Made by a program: the position numbers and the translations under genes. From an uncultured Clostridia bacterium (GTDB lineage: Bacteria; Bacillota; Clostridia; TANB77; CAG-508), in contig CALXEX010000003.1 in the NCBI GenBank assembly GCA_944387445.1, positions 24,538 to 88,537 on the forward strand: a DNA stretch of 64,000 bases, in the 5' to 3' direction. Under the pieces are notes generated by a model. That model did no database searches. It saw only the letters and a program-made list of their open reading frames with translations, and was not told where the DNA came from. Positions 1 through 11,600 of this stretch are shown here, piece by piece. Position 1 is the first letter of the stretch. Each line of letters starts with the position of its first letter.

Positions 1-1432
1 TTCTGGAGGACAACGAACCAAAATTGCTTTTTTAAAATTATTATTAAGTAAGCCAGATATCCTATTACTAGATGAACCAACAAACCATTTAGACATAGTA
101 GCGATTGAATGGTTAGAAAATTATTTAAAAAATTATCCAAAAGCAGTAGTGATTGTATCACATGATAGAATGTTTTTAGATAAGATTGTCAATAAAGTAT
201 ATGAGATAGAATATGCCAGTATGGTGGAATATAAAGGAAATTATGCAGATTTTGAAAGGCAGAAAAAGGAACGATATGAAAAGCAATTAAAAGATTATGA
301 ATATCAACAAGTAGAAATCAAGAGATTACAATCCATTGCAGATCGATTTCGATATAAGCCAACCAAAGCGAAAATGGCATTATCAAAATTAAAAAAGATT
401 GAACAAATGACAATTATAGAAAAGCCAGAAAAATATGATTTAAAAACATTTTATGCGAATTTTGATGTAAAAGTACAAAGTGGAAAACTAGTATTAAGAG
501 CAGATAAATTAGAAATAGGATATGATAAGCCAATTGCAGAAGTATCTTTTGAATTATATAAAGGACAGAAACTAGCCATTATTGGAGAAAATGGAACAGG
601 AAAATCAACTTTATTAAAAACATTGAATGGAGATATACCAAAAATTAACGGTGATTTTGAATATGGATATCATGTGCAAACAGGATATTTTGACCAACAA
701 ATGGAATTTTCAAATCCAGAAAATACGATATTTGAAGAAATAACGCAAAACTTTCCAGAATTAACAACAACACAGGCAAGAACATTATTAGGAACTTTTC
801 TTTTTACAGGAGAGGAGGTATTCAAAAAAATAAATGTATTATCAGGAGGAGAAAGAGGTCGCTTGCAGTTGTGCAAAATTTTAAAAAGCGAACCAAATGT
901 GTTATTACTAGATGAACCAACCAATCATATGGATATTGTGGGAAAAGAGAGTTTAGAAAACATACTAAAAGAATATACAGGAACTTTAATTTTTGTTTCT
1001 CATGATCGATATTTTGTAAATAAACTTGCAGATTGTATATTAGAATTTGATAATGGAAAAGCAACTTTTTATCATAAAAATTATCAGGAATTCTTAGAGT
1101 ATAAAGAAAATCATAAAGATACAACAGAAGAATTACCAAATTCCAATACAGTAGAAGAAAAAACAAACTTGAATGAAAAAAATAAGAAGAAGGAAACCAA
1201 TTCATATTTTATAGAAAAAGAAAGAAATCGAATACAAAACAAGATGAATAAAATCGAACAAGAAATAAATGACAAGGAAAAGAAAATTCAAGATATTGAA
1301 AAAGAAATGATGAAAGAAGAAATAGCTTCAGATTATATAAAGTTAAATGAATTACAGGAAGATATACAAAAAATTAATCAAGAAATAGAAGAGAAAATGC
1401 AAGAATGGGAAGATTTAAACAATAAACTTTAA
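1..1432 (+). CDS. ABC-F family ATP-binding cassette protein (two tandem ABC ATPase domains plus C-terminal coiled-coil); 5' end lies outside the window
   Basis: The ORF is open from position 2, with LLDEPTNHLD, LSGGE and Walker A GENGTGKST motifs and a K/E-rich coiled-coil tail typical of ABC-F proteins. Confidence 0.8.
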   Translation, partial: SGGQRTKIAFLKLLLSKPDILLLDEPTNHLDIVAIEWLENYLKNYPKAVVIVSHDRMFLDKIVNKVYEIEYASMVEYKGNYADFERQKKERYEKQLKDYEYQQVEIKRLQSIADRFRYKPTKAKMALSKLKKIEQMTIIEKPEKYDLKTFYANFDVKVQSGKLVLRADKLEIGYDKPIAEVSFELYKGQKLAIIGENGTGKSTLLKTLNGDIPKINGDFEYGYHVQTGYFDQQMEFSNPENTIFEEITQNFPELTTTQARTLLGTFLFTGEEVFKKINVLSGGERGRLQLCKILKSEPNVLLLDEPTNHMDIVGKESLENILKEYTGTLIFVSHDRYFVNKLADCILEFDNGKATFYHKNYQEFLEYKENHKDTTEELPNSNTVEEKTNLNEKNKKKETNSYFIEKERNRIQNKMNKIEQEINDKEKKIQDIEKEMMKEEIASDYIKLNELQEDIQKINQEIEEKMQEWEDLNNKL

Positions 1433-1511
1433 ATTTAATAGACTTTACAGGAATTTTATGATAAAATACTGCCTAAGATAACTTTGCAGTAAAAACAAGA
1501 GGAGGAAGAAT

Positions 1512-1778
1512 ATGAGTAAAGTCAGAGCTGTTAATGGATTTGAAATACGGGAAGAAAGTAACAAAGACAACAGAAGAGTAATTATCATAGAGTATAAGAT
1601 TGATAATGAATTTTTTGCACAATCAACATACTATGATGTGGATGAAGAAAAAATCCAGAAAGTTAAAGAAAAACTTGAAGATTATACATCCACAAACCGA
1701 GAGGCAGAAGAGTTATGTAGGACGTTACATTTACCGACAATAGTTCATTCAGTAGACAGAATCATGTATGACTACTAA
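1512..1778 (+). CDS. hypothetical small protein (88 aa)
   Basis: ORF preceded by a GGAGG Shine-Dalgarno; contains an in-frame CGG codon at 1545-1547; no recognisable family. Confidence 0.35.
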   Translation: MSKVRAVNGFEIREESNKDNRRVIIIEYKIDNEFFAQSTYYDVDEEKIQKVKEKLEDYTSTNREAEELCRTLHLPTIVHSVDRIMYDY

Positions 1779-2315
1779 AAAACGAATTGCAAGGAGAAGA
1801 AGGAACCAGAAAAATTTTTGGTTCCTTCTTCGATTAACTATAGTTTTCAATATTTGGATAAAAAATCTAGCAAGATAAAAAATTATACAAAGATAATTGC
1901 TTTATAATATTTGTTCTAATTATATAAATTTCTTTCATATAAATCTTGAATAAATACATCTTTTTCTTCAAAATTGTCAATAAAACCGACCTTGGCAATA
2001 TTATCATTTACCCCTTGAATCCATACAGGTCTATCATCATAAAACACATCACACTTTTCTTTATTTGCTAATATAGAATTAATCCTAGAAATATCCATAA
2101 CAAATTCCTCCTCTTAATTAAAAATAAATTATCTTTTGGTATAAAAAGCTTCTAATTAAAATATATCCAAAAATGAACTTTATATTCATAAAATATTTAT
2201 ACAGAGAAAAAATTGGTAATGAAAAGTTATAGATTTTTGCAACTTTATACAATGCTTGACTTAAAACTTGATTTCATATACAATGAAATAGGGGAAGAAC
2301 TAAAGGAGGAGTTAT

Positions 2316-3956
2316 ATGAAAATACAATACAAAGATAAAGTGATGGAAATAGATAAACCAATGACAATTAGTGAATTGTTAAAGGAAGAAATCGAAAATA
2401 GTGAATATACAGTAGTAGCTGGTATTTTTAATAATGAATATAAAAATTTAGAATCTATTATAGAAGAAGATGGGAAAATAGAATTAATTGATATTTCTTC
2501 AAAAGAAGGAATGAAGGTTTATAGAAGAACATTAATATATATCGTAGGAAAAGCATTTGAAAACATATGTCCTAACAAAAAAATGGAAGTGAATTATCAA
2601 TTATCTAATTCAATGTTTTGTGATTTAATAGATGAAGAAGTAACAGATGAATTTTTAGAAGAATTAGCACAAGAGGTTAGAAGAATCGTAAAAGAAGATT
2701 TGCCTATCAGACAAGTGATTATGAATCGAGAGGAAGCAACAAAATTTTTTAATGAAACAGAAAGCTCAAAAGGAAGATTGCAATTAGATTTAGAAGATAA
2801 TAATGAAATCTTTATGTATTACTGTGAAGACTATTATAACTATTGTTATGGAACATTAGCTAATCGAACAGGTATTACAAAAATATTTGAAATTGTAAAA
2901 TATAATGATGGATTTTTGGTAAGATATCCAAGTCAAAGTGACCCAGAGAGAATGCCAAAATTCGTAAAGAATAAAAAAATAGCATGGGCTATGGAAGAAT
3001 ATGATGATATCAATAAAATTTTAAATATCGATAGAGTATATAGAATTAATCAAGCGATAGAGGAAGGAACTGTTAAAGATATTATTTTATTGGCAGAAGC
3101 TTTACATGAAAAGAAAATAGCGAAAATTGCAGATAATATAGCCAAAAACAAAAATATAAAAATGGTATTGATTGCAGGTCCATCATCATCAGGAAAAACA
3201 ACTTTTGCACAAAGATTAGGAATTCAGTTAAAGCTAAATAGAATTAAACCAGTAACTATCTCAGTAGACAATTATTTTGTAGAAAGAAAAGACACGCCAA
3301 GAGATGAAAATGGAGAATATGATTTTGAATGTTTAGAAGCAATCGATTTAGAATTATTTAATGACCATTTAACAAGATTGTTAAATGGCGAAGAAGTAGA
3401 GATGCCACAATTTGATTTCCTTGTAGGGACGAAAAGATATAATGGAAAAAAATTAAAGTTAGAAGAAGATGAAGTATTAGTTATAGAGGGAATCCACTGC
3501 TTGAATGATAAATTAACAAGTAAAATATCAGCAGAACAAAAATATAAAGTATATATTAGTGCATTAACTGTATTAAATTTAGACAGATTTAATAGAATAT
3601 CTACAACAGATACCAGATTAATTAGAAGAATTGTAAGAGATTATCAATTTAGAGGATATTCAGCCAAAAATACAATTGCAACATGGAATAAAGTAAATGA
3701 GGGAGAAAAGAAAAATATATTCCCATTTCAAGAAGAATCAAACTTCATATTTAATACATCACTAGTATATGAAATAGGAGCATTAAAACCAATTATTATG
3801 CCACTACTAAAAGAAATTACCAAAGAAGATCCAGAATATGCAGAAGCATCTAGACTAATGAATATGCTAAAATATTTTGAAGAAATACCAAAAGAATTTG
3901 TACCAAACAATTCATTATTAAAAGAATTCTTAGGTGGAGGAGATTTTAAATATTAG
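2316..3956 (+). CDS. uridine kinase/phosphoribulokinase-family P-loop kinase with an N-terminal TGS/ThrRS-like domain
   Basis: P-loop IAGPSSSGKTTFAQRL and a PRK/URK-type fold; the domain arrangement is common in Clostridia. Confidence 0.6.
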   Translation: MKIQYKDKVMEIDKPMTISELLKEEIENSEYTVVAGIFNNEYKNLESIIEEDGKIELIDISSKEGMKVYRRTLIYIVGKAFENICPNKKMEVNYQLSNSMFCDLIDEEVTDEFLEELAQEVRRIVKEDLPIRQVIMNREEATKFFNETESSKGRLQLDLEDNNEIFMYYCEDYYNYCYGTLANRTGITKIFEIVKYNDGFLVRYPSQSDPERMPKFVKNKKIAWAMEEYDDINKILNIDRVYRINQAIEEGTVKDIILLAEALHEKKIAKIADNIAKNKNIKMVLIAGPSSSGKTTFAQRLGIQLKLNRIKPVTISVDNYFVERKDTPRDENGEYDFECLEAIDLELFNDHLTRLLNGEEVEMPQFDFLVGTKRYNGKKLKLEEDEVLVIEGIHCLNDKLTSKISAEQKYKVYISALTVLNLDRFNRISTTDTRLIRRIVRDYQFRGYSAKNTIATWNKVNEGEKKNIFPFQEESNFIFNTSLVYEIGALKPIIMPLLKEITKEDPEYAEASRLMNMLKYFEEIPKEFVPNNSLLKEFLGGGDFKY

Positions 3957-3964
3957 GAGAAAAG

Positions 3965-4279
3965 ATGGAAAGTAGAAAATTTACAGAAATTGATGAAGAA
4001 TTTATATGTGATAATTGTGGAAAAAAGGTTCCAAAACTAGGCTATTCTTGCAGAGATCATTGCCCATATTGTTTACATTCTAAACATGTAGACAAAAATC
4101 CAGGAGATAGACAGGAAACTTGTCATGGAGACCTAGAGCCAGTTTCTTTAGAAATTGATGGAAAAAAAGGTTATGTGATTATTTATAGATGTAAAGCATG
4201 TGGAGCAATTAGAAAAAATAAATCGGCTAAAGATGATAATATGGATTTAATTATAGATTTAAGCAGTAAACAAATATAA
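3965..4279 (+). CDS. RNHCP-domain zinc-ribbon protein
   Basis: Cys-rich with CDNCGKK..CRDHCPYC..CKACG, matching the RNHCP motif. Confidence 0.5.
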   Translation: MESRKFTEIDEEFICDNCGKKVPKLGYSCRDHCPYCLHSKHVDKNPGDRQETCHGDLEPVSLEIDGKKGYVIIYRCKACGAIRKNKSAKDDNMDLIIDLSSKQI

Positions 4280-4374
4280 AAAAGAAGGGGCAGACGTTAT
4301 ATGAACTAATTTTTTAGTTCTATCGTCTGTCCCTTTTGTTTCATTTTGAAACGATTTGGCACGTTCCTAACGTT

Positions 4375-6831
4375 TCAGATTTCTTTATTTAAATTTCCAT
4401 TTGTATAATGGCTACCGTCAAATCTTTGATTATTATGTACTCTATGAATAATTTCATTGATTTCTTCAATTGTCTCATCTAAAACATCAATTCTTGCATA
4501 ATCAATATTAAACTCTTTTGGATAGATAGATGTTATTTTACTATTAAAGATGGTTGTAACTGTTTGTATATTATCAGGTAAAATTCTAAATTTCATATGT
4601 AAACGGTCTTTTAATTCATAGATATTATCTGTAATACATCTTTGTTTACAAGTTGGATAACATTTATCGGTTTCACCCAAAAGGCAATAATTCATATTTA
4701 ACAATGGGGTTCTACCATAAACGATTATTTCATTTGGTAAATCTGTGCAATCACATAAATTATGAATAATTTCTCTATTTAATTCAGGAGATATGGTATA
4801 TCGGCAAATTCCCAAATTTTTTAATTCTTTTATCGTATTGGAATTATACACATTAAAGGTATAATTGGTGATTAATTCTAAGTGTTTATTTAAATCTGCA
4901 AAAAGTGTATGTAATAATTTTATATTACAGATATTTGAAATGACAAATCCTTTAATATGGTAATTGTTTAAAGTGTTTTCTATATTGTTAGATAATAGAT
5001 TTTTGTAATTGGATTTTATAATAGTTGGCATATAGATATATACATGAAAGTTATTATCTAAAACATGTAAAATTTCTTGATAGTCTTTTATAGAAAAATA
5101 TTTTAAAGGAATATATACATTTTCAATATCATGTAGTTGCGAATAATCAAAATCTTTATGCAAAATGTTTAATAGAAGAGATAATTTTGTCTTTTTTATA
5201 GGATGGCTTTGCATATCAAGTTGTTCTTTTTCAATTCTAATAATGTCTTTATCTGTAGAGGAGTTTTTATCTATATTAGAAGCGTTTCTTTTAATTGTTT
5301 TAATAACATATTGTTCCACCATTTGTAAAATGGTTCTTCTTAAATCATTTAAGGTACTTAATTTAGGAATAAATAATTTATCATCAAGTTCTATTTCTAA
5401 ATTTTTAAAAGCATAAGGGGTAGATGCTGTTTTAGAAAATTGAGAAATGATGGTATTTTTATCCATTGGCCTTGTTTTTGCTTTTAAAGGAATGACATCA
5501 CTTGTATATTGTATGTTTAAATCTTTATATAATTCGATGTTACTAGCAGATGTAACTGTAATAGAAATTGGTTTATGTTCTTTCATAGTAATATGACAAT
5601 TTAGAAGTATTTTCCTATTTTCTTTTGAGCAACTATTTTGTGCCAAAAGATTTAATTTTTTAGAACTCATTTTGTAAATTTGATTTCCTAATTTAATGTT
5701 TCCTTTCATTCTACCAATGACAACTGTTTGACCAATTTCAGTAAATTTAATGTTTTTCATATTGGTATCCATTAATTCTGAAATGGTATAAGTACCTTGT
5801 TCTTTTTCTAAAGAAATGGTATCACCAATACCAATTGGTTCATTTAATTTAACCGTAATATATCCTTTTTTGGCATTATATTTCTGAACTTTACCTAGAA
5901 ATAATCCCATATTATTTGGTTTTTCTTTAAATACCAAATTACGGTTAGCCTCATTGCTTAAATGTCCAGAAGAAGACATACCTCTATTAAACACTTGTAG
6001 CAATTCTTTTTTATCATCTTCATCTATTACATAGTCATTATCAGATAAAGCTAAATCTATATATTTTCGATAAATTCTTGTTACAGTTGCTACATACTCA
6101 GGGGACTTCATACGTCCTTCTATTTTAAAAGACTTTACACCAGCTTCAATTAGATTTGGAATATATTCTAATCCACATAAATCTCGAGTGCTTAATAAAT
6201 ATCCAGAGTTAATGGTTTTATTATTTTCCAATAATTCAAATGGAAGTCTACAAGGACCTGCACATTTTCCTCTGTTTCCAGAACGTCCACCTAACATACT
6301 AGAAAATAGACATTGACCAGAATAAGAGATACAAAGAGCTCCATGGATAAAGGTTTCTATTTCAATATTTGTATTTTTACAAATATAGGCAATTTCATTA
6401 ACAGAAAGCTCTCTTGCTAAAACGACTCTTTTAAAGCCAAGTTCTTGTAATTCTAAGGCTCCATTTAGGTTATGGACAGTCATTTGTGTACTGGCATGAA
6501 TTGGCAAATCAGGAAAAGCACTCATTAATGCCATAGCCAATCCTAAATCTTGAACAATAATCGCATCAATCCCAAATTCATAAGCTTTTTTTGCGACATT
6601 CATGGCAGATTCAAATTCTGTATCTGTTACCAATGTGTTTAATGTTAGATGGGTTTTGACACCACGAATTTTTGCATATTGAATGGCTTTTTCTAAATCG
6701 TTAAGAGAAAAATTCGTAGCAAAAGCTCTCGCACTGAAAGTATCGCTACCGAAATAGACGCTGTTAGCACCATTTTGAACACCAGCTTTTAAACATTCAA
6801 AATCACCAACAGGAGAAAGTAGTTCAACCAT
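4375..6831 (-). CDS. peptidase U32 family protein (collagenase-like, long form)
   Basis: N-terminal U32 signature region (ELLSPVGD...SVYFG...ARAF) in an 818-aa protein; TGA stop. Confidence 0.8.
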   Translation of the reverse strand: MVELLSPVGDFECLKAGVQNGANSVYFGSDTFSARAFATNFSLNDLEKAIQYAKIRGVKTHLTLNTLVTDTEFESAMNVAKKAYEFGIDAIIVQDLGLAMALMSAFPDLPIHASTQMTVHNLNGALELQELGFKRVVLARELSVNEIAYICKNTNIEIETFIHGALCISYSGQCLFSSMLGGRSGNRGKCAGPCRLPFELLENNKTINSGYLLSTRDLCGLEYIPNLIEAGVKSFKIEGRMKSPEYVATVTRIYRKYIDLALSDNDYVIDEDDKKELLQVFNRGMSSSGHLSNEANRNLVFKEKPNNMGLFLGKVQKYNAKKGYITVKLNEPIGIGDTISLEKEQGTYTISELMDTNMKNIKFTEIGQTVVIGRMKGNIKLGNQIYKMSSKKLNLLAQNSCSKENRKILLNCHITMKEHKPISITVTSASNIELYKDLNIQYTSDVIPLKAKTRPMDKNTIISQFSKTASTPYAFKNLEIELDDKLFIPKLSTLNDLRRTILQMVEQYVIKTIKRNASNIDKNSSTDKDIIRIEKEQLDMQSHPIKKTKLSLLLNILHKDFDYSQLHDIENVYIPLKYFSIKDYQEILHVLDNNFHVYIYMPTIIKSNYKNLLSNNIENTLNNYHIKGFVISNICNIKLLHTLFADLNKHLELITNYTFNVYNSNTIKELKNLGICRYTISPELNREIIHNLCDCTDLPNEIIVYGRTPLLNMNYCLLGETDKCYPTCKQRCITDNIYELKDRLHMKFRILPDNIQTVTTIFNSKITSIYPKEFNIDYARIDVLDETIEEINEIIHRVHNNQRFDGSHYTNGNLNKEI

Positions 6832-7192
6832 AATTTCACCACCTTTTTCGTTTTATACTATCTATATTATTTCAAAAAATCTTTTTTAATCAATTTTACC
6901 TAATTATAACATAAAATGCCTGAAAATTCTAGGTTACATAAAGTTACAACAAAAAAGCGGGAAATATTTTATTCTATATTGTCAGATAAAATAAAATATG
7001 ATTAGAACATTTATGGATTTTTTAATATAGAAGATGTATCATCATTTTATATACAATAAACAAAAATGTGATTCAAACAGCAAAAATACCTGTAAAAATG
7101 TGATAAAAATAATAAAAAACTTTGCAAAAATGTGATTATATGGTATAATGATAATAGATAATGTATATATTATAGATGGGAAGTGTTGCCAG

Positions 7193-8491
7193 ATGAAAAG
7201 ATTTATAATGGAAAAATTAATAAAATGGAAAGATAGTAAATATAGAAAACCATTAATTCTAAAAGGTGCTAGACAAGTAGGAAAAACATATATTATAAAA
7301 CAATTTGGGGAAGAGAATTATGAAGGAATTGCTTATTTCAACTTTGACCATGATGAAGATTTGCATAATTTGTTTGTCAATACAAAAGATCCCAAAAGAA
7401 TACTAGAGCAATTAGCATTCATATATGGAAAAGCAATATTACCAGAAAAGACATTAATATTTTTTGATGAAATACAAGAATGTCCAGACGCTTTAAATAG
7501 TTTAAAATACTTTCAAGAAGAGGCAAATGAATATCATATTGTTTGTGCAGGAAGTTTGTTGGGAATAAGATTATCACATACATCCTTTCCAGTTGGAAAA
7601 GTAGAATTTATGAATATGTATCCAATGTCTTTTAGTGAGTTTTTAATTGCTGATAATTGTGAAAACTTAGTAGAGTATATGAAATCTATTACAAAAATTG
7701 AAAATATTCCAGAAATATTTTTTAATCAATTAGAGGAAAAATTAAAAGCATATTTCATTATCGGAGGAATGCCAGAAGCTGTATATTCATGGGTAAATGA
7801 AAAAAATATGGAATTAGTAAATGCCATACAAGAAAATATATTAAAAGCCTATGAAAGCGATTTTTCAAAACATACACAAAATCATGAAGCAAATAAGATT
7901 TCTTTAATATGGAATAGTATACCATCACAATTAGCAAAGGAAAATAAGAAATTTTTATATCAAACCATAAAAGAAGGAGCACGTGCAAGAGAATATGAAA
8001 GTGCGTTAAACTGGTTAAATGATGCAAATCTGATATATAAAGTATATAATGTTAGCAAGACAGATTTTCCATTAAAAGCATATCATGATTTAAGTTGTTT
8101 CAAAATCTATATGAATGATGTAGGATTACTTAGAAGAATGGCAAATTTAGATAGTAGAATTGTGATAGAAGGAGATAAATTATTTGAAGAATTTAAAGGT
8201 GCTTTTACAGAAAATTATGTATTAAATATGCTAACAATGCTTTACGAAGAAGTTCCAAATTATTTCACTTTTGATAGATATGAAATAGATTTTGTGATTC
8301 AAAATAGAAATAGAATTATACCAATAGAGGTAAAATCTAATAAATCAACTAATCATTCTAGTTTAACAAAATATAATGAAAAATTTAATAATGATATATC
8401 TATCAGATTATCAATGAATAATCTAAAAAAAGATGATAAAGTGTTAAATATACCGTTATTTTTAATTGAATATATGGAGAAATTTTTATAA
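7193..8491 (+). CDS. AAA-type ATPase with DUF4143 (archaeal-ATPase-like)
   Basis: P-loop GARQVGKTY with DEIQ Walker B and the family's C-terminal domain; start is ambiguous (7148, 7193 or 7208), and 7148 would sit over the predicted -10. Confidence 0.65.
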   Translation: MKRFIMEKLIKWKDSKYRKPLILKGARQVGKTYIIKQFGEENYEGIAYFNFDHDEDLHNLFVNTKDPKRILEQLAFIYGKAILPEKTLIFFDEIQECPDALNSLKYFQEEANEYHIVCAGSLLGIRLSHTSFPVGKVEFMNMYPMSFSEFLIADNCENLVEYMKSITKIENIPEIFFNQLEEKLKAYFIIGGMPEAVYSWVNEKNMELVNAIQENILKAYESDFSKHTQNHEANKISLIWNSIPSQLAKENKKFLYQTIKEGARAREYESALNWLNDANLIYKVYNVSKTDFPLKAYHDLSCFKIYMNDVGLLRRMANLDSRIVIEGDKLFEEFKGAFTENYVLNMLTMLYEEVPNYFTFDRYEIDFVIQNRNRIIPIEVKSNKSTNHSSLTKYNEKFNNDISIRLSMNNLKKDDKVLNIPLFLIEYMEKFL

Positions 8492-8676
8492 TTGTAGATA
8501 AAAAATAGAAAATCATGTTAGTCAATATGTGATTTTCTATCTTTTTTTGACTTTTATCAAAAGAATAAAATAAACAAAAATTTTCTTAATTTATTTCATT
8601 TTGTTCGCTTGAAATGTAAAAAAAATAGTATATAATAGAAAACATAGGAAAGAGAAAAACAAAGGAGCAAAGATAC

Positions 8677-11600
8677 ATGCAAGAAACGGTAAAAACAAAA
8701 AAAGTAGGAGAAATATTTCGTGACTATCAAACAAAATCCAATATACAATATGCCAATATTCAAGGATTAAATGTAGTAAAAAAGACAAATACTTTGCAAG
8801 TTATATTGTATTTTGACGAATATATAGAAATCAAAGAACTATGGTTTTTTGAAAAATTTTTAATCGATAGATTTCATTTTGAACATATTGATATGATTAT
8901 CAAATATCATGAAGGTGTTGTACTAAAAGATATTAAGACAGAATGGAGAAATATTATTGCTTATATGTCACACAAATATCCATTAATGAAACCAATGCTT
9001 TTATTAAAAAGTGATGTAGAAGTTGATGGAAATGAAGTTAATATCAAAATGCATATTCGAGGAGCAGAATTTTTAAAGGCCAAAAAAACAGATAAAGAAT
9101 TAGAAAAAGTTTTGAAAAATTTATTTGGAAAAGAATATAAAGTAAATCTTACAGAACAATTATCGAAAGAAGAAATAGAAGAAATACGAGAAGAAATTAA
9201 GCAAGTAGAAGAAAAAGCTATAGCCCATATTGAAGAATTAAATGCTGAAAAACAAAGAGAAAATGTAAACAATGAAAATCATGATGAATATGGAAATGTA
9301 CCAGAATACAATGATCCAGATTATGTACCACCTACAGATATGGAAGGATATATTCCAGAAGAGGCGATGGATGGAATACCACCAATAGAAGGAATGGATG
9401 ACTTCCATGAACAAGAATATATTATGGGAAAACCATCAAAAGCGAAAGAAAATAAGGTAGCGATAAAAGATATTACAGCAAGTAATTCTAGAATTACCAT
9501 AGAAGGAAGAGTGTTAACAAGTGAATGTCGTGAAACCAGAACAGGAAAAGGTATGTTGATTTTTGACATTTATGATGGAACAGGAACAATTACTTGTAAA
9601 TCTTTTGCAAAAGATGCAACAGAAGGCAATGAAATTATTGATAAAATTCAAGATGCAAAAGTGATTAAAGCAGTTGGAAAAGCAGGATTAGATGCCTATG
9701 CTGGTGATGTAACGATTATGGCAAATACGATTATGGTAAGCCATATGGATGTTCCAGAATTACCAGAAGAAGATGAAAGCACACCACTAATATTGGGAAT
9801 GAATCCAAATATTACAGAACCATTGGTAAAAATTGCCGAATTAAATGTAGATGATGGAAAAGTTTCTATTGAGGGTGAAGTTATCGATATGGAGGATAGA
9901 GAACTAAAGTCAGGAAAAACCTTGCTTAGTTTTGATATCTATGATGGAACCAGCAGTATGACTTGTAAAGCGTTCTTAAATAAAGATAATAGCAAACGAG
10001 TGATTAAAAGAATTAAAAATGCCAAAGGATTGAAGATAGCTGGAACAGCACAAATGGATTCTTTCTCAAATGAATTGACAATTATGGCAAATACGATTGT
10101 AGAAGGAGAAGGCATTAAAAAGAAGATTAGAGAAGACCATGCAGAAGTAAAAAGAGTAGAACTTCATATGCATACAAAAATGAGTCAAATGGATGCCATG
10201 ACCTCAGCAACAGATTTAATCAAAAGAGCTATGAAATGGGGAATGAAATCAATTGCGATTACTGACCATGGTGTTGTACAAGCATTCCCAGAAGCCCATA
10301 AGTTATTGGGATATGACAATCCAGATATGAAAATTATTTATGGTGTAGAAGCCTATTTAGCACCAGATAATACAAAAACCGTATATAATGGTAAAAAACA
10401 AAGTATTGATACCACATATTGTGTATTAGACTTGGAAACAACAGGATTTTCAGCAACAACTGAAAAAATTACAGAAATTGGTGTTATGAAAGTAAAAGAT
10501 GGTGAAGTTATCGATGAGTTTAGTTGTTTTGTCAATCCTGAAAAACATATTCCAGAAAGAGTTACAGAAGTTACCAACATTACAGATGAGATGGTAAAAG
10601 ATGCAGAAACCATTGATAAAGTATTTCCAAAATTATTAGCATTTTTGGGAGATGACAAAGAAACGGTTATTGTAGCACATAATGCAAATTTTGATGTTGG
10701 ATTCTTAAAACAAAATGCCAAAGTATTGGGATATGATTTTGATTATACGTATTTAGACACTTTAAGCTTAGCGAAAGATTTATTCCCAGACTATAAGAAA
10801 TACAAATTAGGAAAAATTGCAGAAAATTTAGGAATTAAAGTAGAAGTCGCACACCGTGCTTTAGATGATGTAGATACAACAGTAAAAGTATTTAAAGTGA
10901 TGGTGGATATGTTAAAGAAAAAGGGAGCAACTATCGTAGAAGACATTGATAGAGTAGCAAAAAGTGAAGAGGCAAAAAAAGAAGAATACAAAAAACTAAA
11001 AACTTATCATGCTATTATCTTAGCTAAAAACTATGTAGGATTAAAGAATTTATATAAATTAGTATCTTTATCACACTTACATTATTTTTATAGAAAACCA
11101 CGTATTTTAAAAAGCTTGTATAAAAAATATTCAGAGGGATTGATACTTCGGAAGTGCCTGTGAAGCAGGAGAGTTATATCAAGCAATTGAGCTTGGAAAA
11201 ACCGATGAGGAAATCGAAGAAATAGCCAATGACTATGATTATTTAGAAATACAACCAACTGGAAATAATCAATTCTTAATTCGAAATGGAACAGTTGCAG
11301 ATGAAGAAGCCTTAAGAGATATTAATAGAAAAATTGTAGAATTGGGAGAAAAATTAAATAAACCAGTTGTAGCTACTTGTGATGTGCATTTTATGGACCC
11401 ACAAGATGAAATTTATAGACGTATTTTAGAAGCAGGACAAAAATATGATGATGCAGATAATCAAGCACCATTATATTTAAGAACAACTGAAGAAATGCTA
11501 GAAGAATTTAGCTATTTAGGAAAAGAAAAAGCCTATGAAGTGGTTGTAACAAATACCAATAAAATATCAGATATGTGTGACCAAATCAGCCCAATATCTC

